This document shows positions 15,974-20,000 of a DNA stretch of 20,000 nucleotides, piece after piece (the first letter of the stretch is position 1; each line of letters opens with the position of its first letter). Under the pieces are notes generated by a model, which saw only the letters and a program-made list of their open reading frames with translations, was not told the origin of the DNA and searched no databases. A program made the translations under genes and the position numbers. This stretch comes from an uncultured virus (IMG/VR IMGVR_UViG_3300011445_000001) (lineage: Duplodnaviria > Heunggongvirae > Uroviricota > Caudoviricetes), in IMG/VR virus record IMGVR_UViG_3300011445_000001, one strand, 5' to 3'.

Positions 15974-16759
15974 CTACTTTCCTAACAGGGGCCGCGCCGG
16001 GGCGGCAAACAACCGAAGCAGCTGGTTGGTCATATAGTCGAATGCTCCCTGTGCCTCCCGGTAAACCACGGCTCGAGCCCGATAATTGTGTGTAATTCCA
16101 GATCCCACGACGGGCAGCAGATCCGAGTACTTACAAAGGTCAAGGGACTGCTGGATTTCGGCGGCAGCGTCGAGGTATTTGGTCTCATCCTTAAACACCA
16201 CGATACCAGACAGGCCCATGTCGCGCAGCTGCTTCACCATACGGCACTTTACACTAAACCCGGTCGTGAAGGGCATATCCGACAAGAACACCCGGCCACC
16301 AGAGTCTAGGAACCGCCGCATCACCACTTCAGTTGAAGGTAGGGTGTCGAAGTAGGCACGCTTCAAATTCCGAACCTGAACCAACCGTGCAAACTCGTAC
16401 TTGTTCTGCCAAGACTGCGAGAGCGCCATACCGGTGGGGATGGTCTTCTTCCACTTGTGGTGCATCAGGGCAAGCTCTCGGTCGGCCCACGCATCAAGCC
16501 CGTCGGTAAGGGCGAAATTAACAAACAGCAGGTCTACGCGCCCAAATCCCCGACCACCAAGGCGCGTAAACCACTCGGTGCCATTAAGGTATCGAACGTT
16601 CGGCGCGACCGGGGCGCTAACGCGCCGGTTGTGGTTGAGCGAGAACGCATCGGTAAAAGACACGACACGGTCGCCCATATCCCTAAGGGTGCGCCACACA
16701 ACCTCAGGCGATTCGGCGCCGGAGGAGTAGTGGGTCTTGATGTTCAAATCGTGCGACAT
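15974..16759 (-). CDS. Degenerate PHP-domain protein (YciV/TrpH-like fold), probably catalytically inactive
   Basis: DLNIKTHYSSG ~ DLHxHTxxSDG, SFTDA ~ AITDH, GTE, GSGITH ~ GSDxH. ATG at 16759 overlaps the polA stop (TAATG). Confidence 0.6.
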   Translation of the reverse strand: MSHDLNIKTHYSSGAESPEVVWRTLRDMGDRVVSFTDAFSLNHNRRVSAPVAPNVRYLNGTEWFTRLGGRGFGRVDLLFVNFALTDGLDAWADRELALMHHKWKKTIPTGMALSQSWQNKYEFARLVQVRNLKRAYFDTLPSTEVVMRRFLDSGGRVFLSDMPFTTGFSVKCRMVKQLRDMGLSGIVVFKDETKYLDAAAEIQQSLDLCKYSDLLPVVGSGITHNYRARAVVYREAQGAFDYMTNQLLRLFAAPARPLLGK

Positions 16760-18663
16760 TATACCTTTACGCAGCTTCCCCACCGGGTTCCAGTTGAAAC
16801 CTCGAACACCAGCGGGACCCAGTTGGCAATCTTTAGCTCCATGGCCTGCTTGATTACCGGAACGGCTTCAGCAACCAACCGCTTCCGGGCCTTGAAGAGC
16901 AGCTGATCGTGCACGGTAAGCAGCAGCTTTACATCGTCCTGCCACCCGGCTTGGTGGATAGCACGGCGCACGAGCACAATCGACAGCTTCATGATATCGG
17001 CGGCCGACCCCTGAATGATGTGGCTACAGACGCTACGCTCCCAGTGTGCGCGCCGCTTCGCGTCGAAGCAGTTGATGTGGTCAAAGGATGCCACGCCCAT
17101 CTGACGACGGCGGCCCCAAAAGGTCTCGGCATACCCGGTGGCTCGAGACTTCTCGCGCTCTCGGTGCATCCAAGCAGATAGCTGCGGTAGGGCACGATAC
17201 CACGAACTCACGAAGGCATCCCCAGCCTCGGGAGAGATGCCCATCATCTGGGCGAAGGCATACCCGGACTGACCGGTAAGCATCCCGAAGTTGCCCGATT
17301 TAGCCTTCGAGCGTTGATCGTCGGTGGGCTTGTCGGTCTGGAAGATGCCCCGGGCGGTATCGATATGTACGTCCAGATCGTGCAGATACGCATTGACCCA
17401 GACCGGCTCACCACTCAAGGAGGCGGCCACTCGCAATTCGATCTGTGAATAGTCGCCGTCAATGAAGACCCAGTCGTCATCCTGCGGGTCGGCGTTGGCC
17501 TCATTGCTCGCGTTGGCCACAAAGGCATCGCGGATGATGAGCCCGGCGTCCTTGTCGGCCTGCTTGGCCTTCGGGATATTCTGAAGGTTGGGGTTGGCTG
17601 AAGAGTAGCGGCCCGTCGTCACGTTCCATTGCTTCAGGCTGCAGTGAATCCTCCCGGTTACCGGATGTACTCGGCCGGGTAAGGCGTCCAAGAATCCCTT
17701 GCGCTTCTGCTGCAAGGAAGCCACCTCGAGCAGCAGCCCGACGATGGGGTGATGGCCCTTAATCAATTGAAGGGCCTTGTCGCCGCAGGAATCGTTGCCG
17801 GTGAGCGTCTTCTTCTTGCACGGCAGCTTAAGCTTCTCGTAGAGGATCTTGCTTGTTTGAATGGGCGAATTGGTGTTGAACTCCTCGCCCGCCAACCGAA
17901 AGATCTCGGCACGAAGGGCGTCGATACGAACCCCAACCCTATCTGAAAGCTCGCGCAACAGGGCTATGTCTATATTCAGACCATTCTGCTCCATCTCGAG
18001 CGTGGGGCGAACCAAGGCCATCTCAATGCCCCATATCTTCGGATACCTCTGGGAGATGTCGAGCAGCTTGTTATAGAGGCAGAGGGTGGCATCGGCGTCC
18101 ATCGCCGCGTAGGGTGTAGCAACGTCGTCGGGTAGAATCTCGAAGTTCACCTTGGCCTTGCTACCCTTCCCAGCGAAGAACGACTTCAACTCAACCATCT
18201 CACGCCCAAGGAAGACCTTGCTTGCTTCCTTCAACCCGCGCATATGGGCGTTCGGATTCTCGAGGTACACCAGACACATGGCGTCCTCAAACCGCCCGAT
18301 CTTCACGCCGTGGCGCTCCAGCACCGGAATATCGAAGTTGGCATTGTAGAAGATAACGAGCCTGTCCTTCACAGCTTCAGCCAACGGCTGGAATTCCTCG
18401 CCCGTGGTGATTGGAACCCAGTAAGCCTCACCCTCAACAAACGAGAACGAGAACCCGAGGCACTTGACCGTTAGGCGATCCAATCCGGTGGTCTCTGTGT
18501 CTAACGCCATTGGGGTATCTGGACCGATAGATCCGAGCACACGGCGCAGTGTGTCTAAGTCGGAGATGCGCGTGTACTTGCGCTCCTTGACCCACTCCGG
18601 GAAGATAGTCTCTAGCCCCTCAACGAGAGCGCCTTCAGTTGTCGTCACGCAGGCGGTCCTCAT
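16759..18663 (-). CDS. polA: Family A DNA polymerase with 3'-5' exonuclease and no 5'-3' exonuclease
   Basis: Exo motifs DTETTG, YNANFD and YAAMDA; TGRYSSANPNLQNIP; motif A DYSQIELR; motif B AKSGNFG; motif C VHD. Start is ATG 18663 or TTG 18675. Confidence 0.95.
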   Translation of the reverse strand: MRTACVTTTEGALVEGLETIFPEWVKERKYTRISDLDTLRRVLGSIGPDTPMALDTETTGLDRLTVKCLGFSFSFVEGEAYWVPITTGEEFQPLAEAVKDRLVIFYNANFDIPVLERHGVKIGRFEDAMCLVYLENPNAHMRGLKEASKVFLGREMVELKSFFAGKGSKAKVNFEILPDDVATPYAAMDADATLCLYNKLLDISQRYPKIWGIEMALVRPTLEMEQNGLNIDIALLRELSDRVGVRIDALRAEIFRLAGEEFNTNSPIQTSKILYEKLKLPCKKKTLTGNDSCGDKALQLIKGHHPIVGLLLEVASLQQKRKGFLDALPGRVHPVTGRIHCSLKQWNVTTGRYSSANPNLQNIPKAKQADKDAGLIIRDAFVANASNEANADPQDDDWVFIDGDYSQIELRVAASLSGEPVWVNAYLHDLDVHIDTARGIFQTDKPTDDQRSKAKSGNFGMLTGQSGYAFAQMMGISPEAGDAFVSSWYRALPQLSAWMHREREKSRATGYAETFWGRRRQMGVASFDHINCFDAKRRAHWERSVCSHIIQGSAADIMKLSIVLVRRAIHQAGWQDDVKLLLTVHDQLLFKARKRLVAEAVPVIKQAMELKIANWVPLVFEVSTGTRWGSCVKV

Positions 18664-18919
18664 CCCGTCCACCAACGGGAATATTCAGGGGCAGCGTGCC
18701 GAGGGTGTACCCCAGCGCACAGTACTTCCCGTAATGGAACTTAAACAACGACAGCAGAAACAGAACGAGGTCGCGATTGGGAGTATCGGCTGGCGGCTGC
18801 CAATTCAGCCGGGGCCACGTCCCCAAGCCCATATCGGCCGTCAAACCATCCAGATACGCGCGTAGATTTGCACGCTTGGATCGAATCTCATCAAGGGTCG
18901 GTGGTGTGAACTGGGACAT
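18635..18919 (-). CDS. Hypothetical protein, 94 aa
   Basis: AAGGAG RBS; overlaps the sigma gene end and the polA start. Confidence 0.6.
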   Translation of the reverse strand: MSQFTPPTLDEIRSKRANLRAYLDGLTADMGLGTWPRLNWQPPADTPNRDLVLFLLSLFKFHYGKYCALGYTLGTLPLNIPVGGRDEDRLRDDN

Positions 18920-19748
18920 CGTCGGCTACTCCTTCGGTGATCTGCGATTTGTACCCGCGCAGCGTAGCTTCTGCTAACGTTTCGCCTTGGCGGCGCATGG
19001 GCCTATACTTCGGTGGCTTCTTTTCCTTGGGCGGCTTCTTTTCCTTGGTTCGTTTGGGCAGGGCGGTTTGCTGTGTGCGAAGATCCTGTTTCGTTGGTTC
19101 CACAACCACGCGCCCCGCCCGAATGGCCTTCTGAAGCGAGAACCGGGCCCTTTGCAGGGCATACCTTGTCTGACGCTCCGTTGCGCCGCATCGCCTCGCA
19201 AGATCGGCATGTGAGAGGTCTCCCCAATTAGCAAGAGCCGCCACGACCTCTCGCTGCAGCGGCGTAAGATACTCCATCTGCCGCGTAACCAGATCGCACG
19301 TCCGGGCGTCATTAAACTCCTCATCGGGGTGGGGATATCGCGATGGAATGGTCCTCGCCAAATCAACCGACAAGCTGCATGCGGTGCGAAGGGCAAGATG
19401 GCGCTTGCGGTAGAACTCCTCCACGACGTTCAGAATAAGGTAATGGAGAATGGTGCTTAGCCGGTACCCCCTTGCGGGGTCCCACGACGGTAAGAAGCGA
19501 TATAGGCGCAGAAGGACATCCTGCTCAAAATCTTTGCGGTCATCTCGATTGGTGATTCCGCAGCGCCTTGCCTCCTGACGAATTAGCCGGATGTACCTAC
19601 TCACCAACAAACGCTCGGCTGCCGGATCTTTAGCCAACACCCCAGCCACAAGAGCGCGGTCATCCTCAAAAGCCAGCCCGGGCGACACGTCACTACACCC
19701 CGATAGCATCGTCAGAATCGAACCGCTCCTTTTCAATTGGTCCGTCAT
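18891..19748 (-). CDS. RNA polymerase sigma factor, ECF-like, with Lys/Pro-rich C-terminal tail
   Basis: D..LV.....D..A...LV.RY; region 2 DFEQDVLLRL...WDP..G..LST; region 4 LTPLQREVV...LSHADLA..CG......L.RAR..L. Confidence 0.85.
   Translation of the reverse strand: MTDQLKRSGSILTMLSGCSDVSPGLAFEDDRALVAGVLAKDPAAERLLVSRYIRLIRQEARRCGITNRDDRKDFEQDVLLRLYRFLPSWDPARGYRLSTILHYLILNVVEEFYRKRHLALRTACSLSVDLARTIPSRYPHPDEEFNDARTCDLVTRQMEYLTPLQREVVAALANWGDLSHADLARRCGATERQTRYALQRARFSLQKAIRAGRVVVEPTKQDLRTQQTALPKRTKEKKPPKEKKPPKYRPMRRQGETLAEATLRGYKSQITEGVADDVPVHTTDP
19013..19048. repeat. Two-copy 18-bp tandem repeat (17/18 identical) encoding the repeated KEKKPP tail
   Basis: GTGGCTTCTTTTCCTTGG followed by GCGGCTTCTTTTCCTTGG. 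Confidence 0.85.
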
Positions 19749-20000
19749 GGAGATGGTTCATGACGCCCAGCACCCTACGGGCATACTGCCGGTCGACGTC
19801 ATTGCGCCTTTTGAACTTCTCAATCAGGTCCCAGATCTTAGCCCATCGGAGGTTGCAGTCGGCGCACCAATGACGAAGGATGATATCGCCCTCACACTCG
19901 TAGATCTGGCATAGCAGAACATGGAGTCGGACCCGCTGTGCTACCAGCAAGTCCTTCGCATGTCTGGCTACAAGATCGACAGCCGTGGGCTGCTTCGACA
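19693..20000 (-). CDS. 3' part of a hypothetical gene entering from beyond the window
   Basis: The frame of track ORF 19693..19950 stays open to the window edge. Confidence 0.55.
   Translation of the reverse strand, partial: SKQPTAVDLVARHAKDLLVAQRVRLHVLLCQIYECEGDIILRHWCADCNLRWAKIWDLIEKFKRRNDVDRQYARRVLGVMNHLHDGPIEKERFDSDDAIGV

Noticed and set aside
1974..15974. Stop-codon recoding or read-through, suggested by in-frame stop-start junctions (terS/terL, 3668/3667, 4218/4217, 10399/10398, 14352/14351)
   Set aside because: Both TAA and TAG junctions occur, conserved genes have no internal stops, and other TAG stops are out of frame with the next gene. Translational coupling is the simpler explanation.
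1..20000. Numerous plus-strand ORFs (e.g. 55-732, 6230-6832, 12058-12690, 14286-15092)
   Set aside because: They are antisense shadows of well-supported minus-strand genes in GC-rich DNA and show no recognisable motifs.
1..20000. tRNA genes, CRISPR arrays, integrase or transposase
   Set aside because: None seen; the intergenic gaps are short and lack the relevant structure.

Overview
This is a GC-rich (roughly 60% by eye), very gene-dense segment of a tailed dsDNA phage or prophage genome. All credible genes lie on the minus strand and most are translationally coupled. In transcription order (right to left) it carries: an ECF-like sigma factor; a family A DNA polymerase; a degenerate PHP-fold protein; a gp32-like SSB; a RuvC-like resolvase; RecA; an SbcC/Rad50 split into pieces around SbcD/Mre11; a zincin-like protein; a second sigma factor with a 19-cysteine insertion; dCMP deaminase; a GH108 endolysin; a GT2 glycosyltransferase; a lipoprotein; MazG; a DNA adenine methylase; then small and large terminase and the start of the next gene. 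The most unusual items are the Cys-rich sigma factor and its flanking genes, the SbcC split at the zinc hook, non-canonical residues in conserved PolA motifs, an apparently inactive PHP protein coupled to polA, and a recurring GTGTAC intergenic motif that may be a phage-sigma promoter. All calls come from motif recognition by eye; no searches were run.
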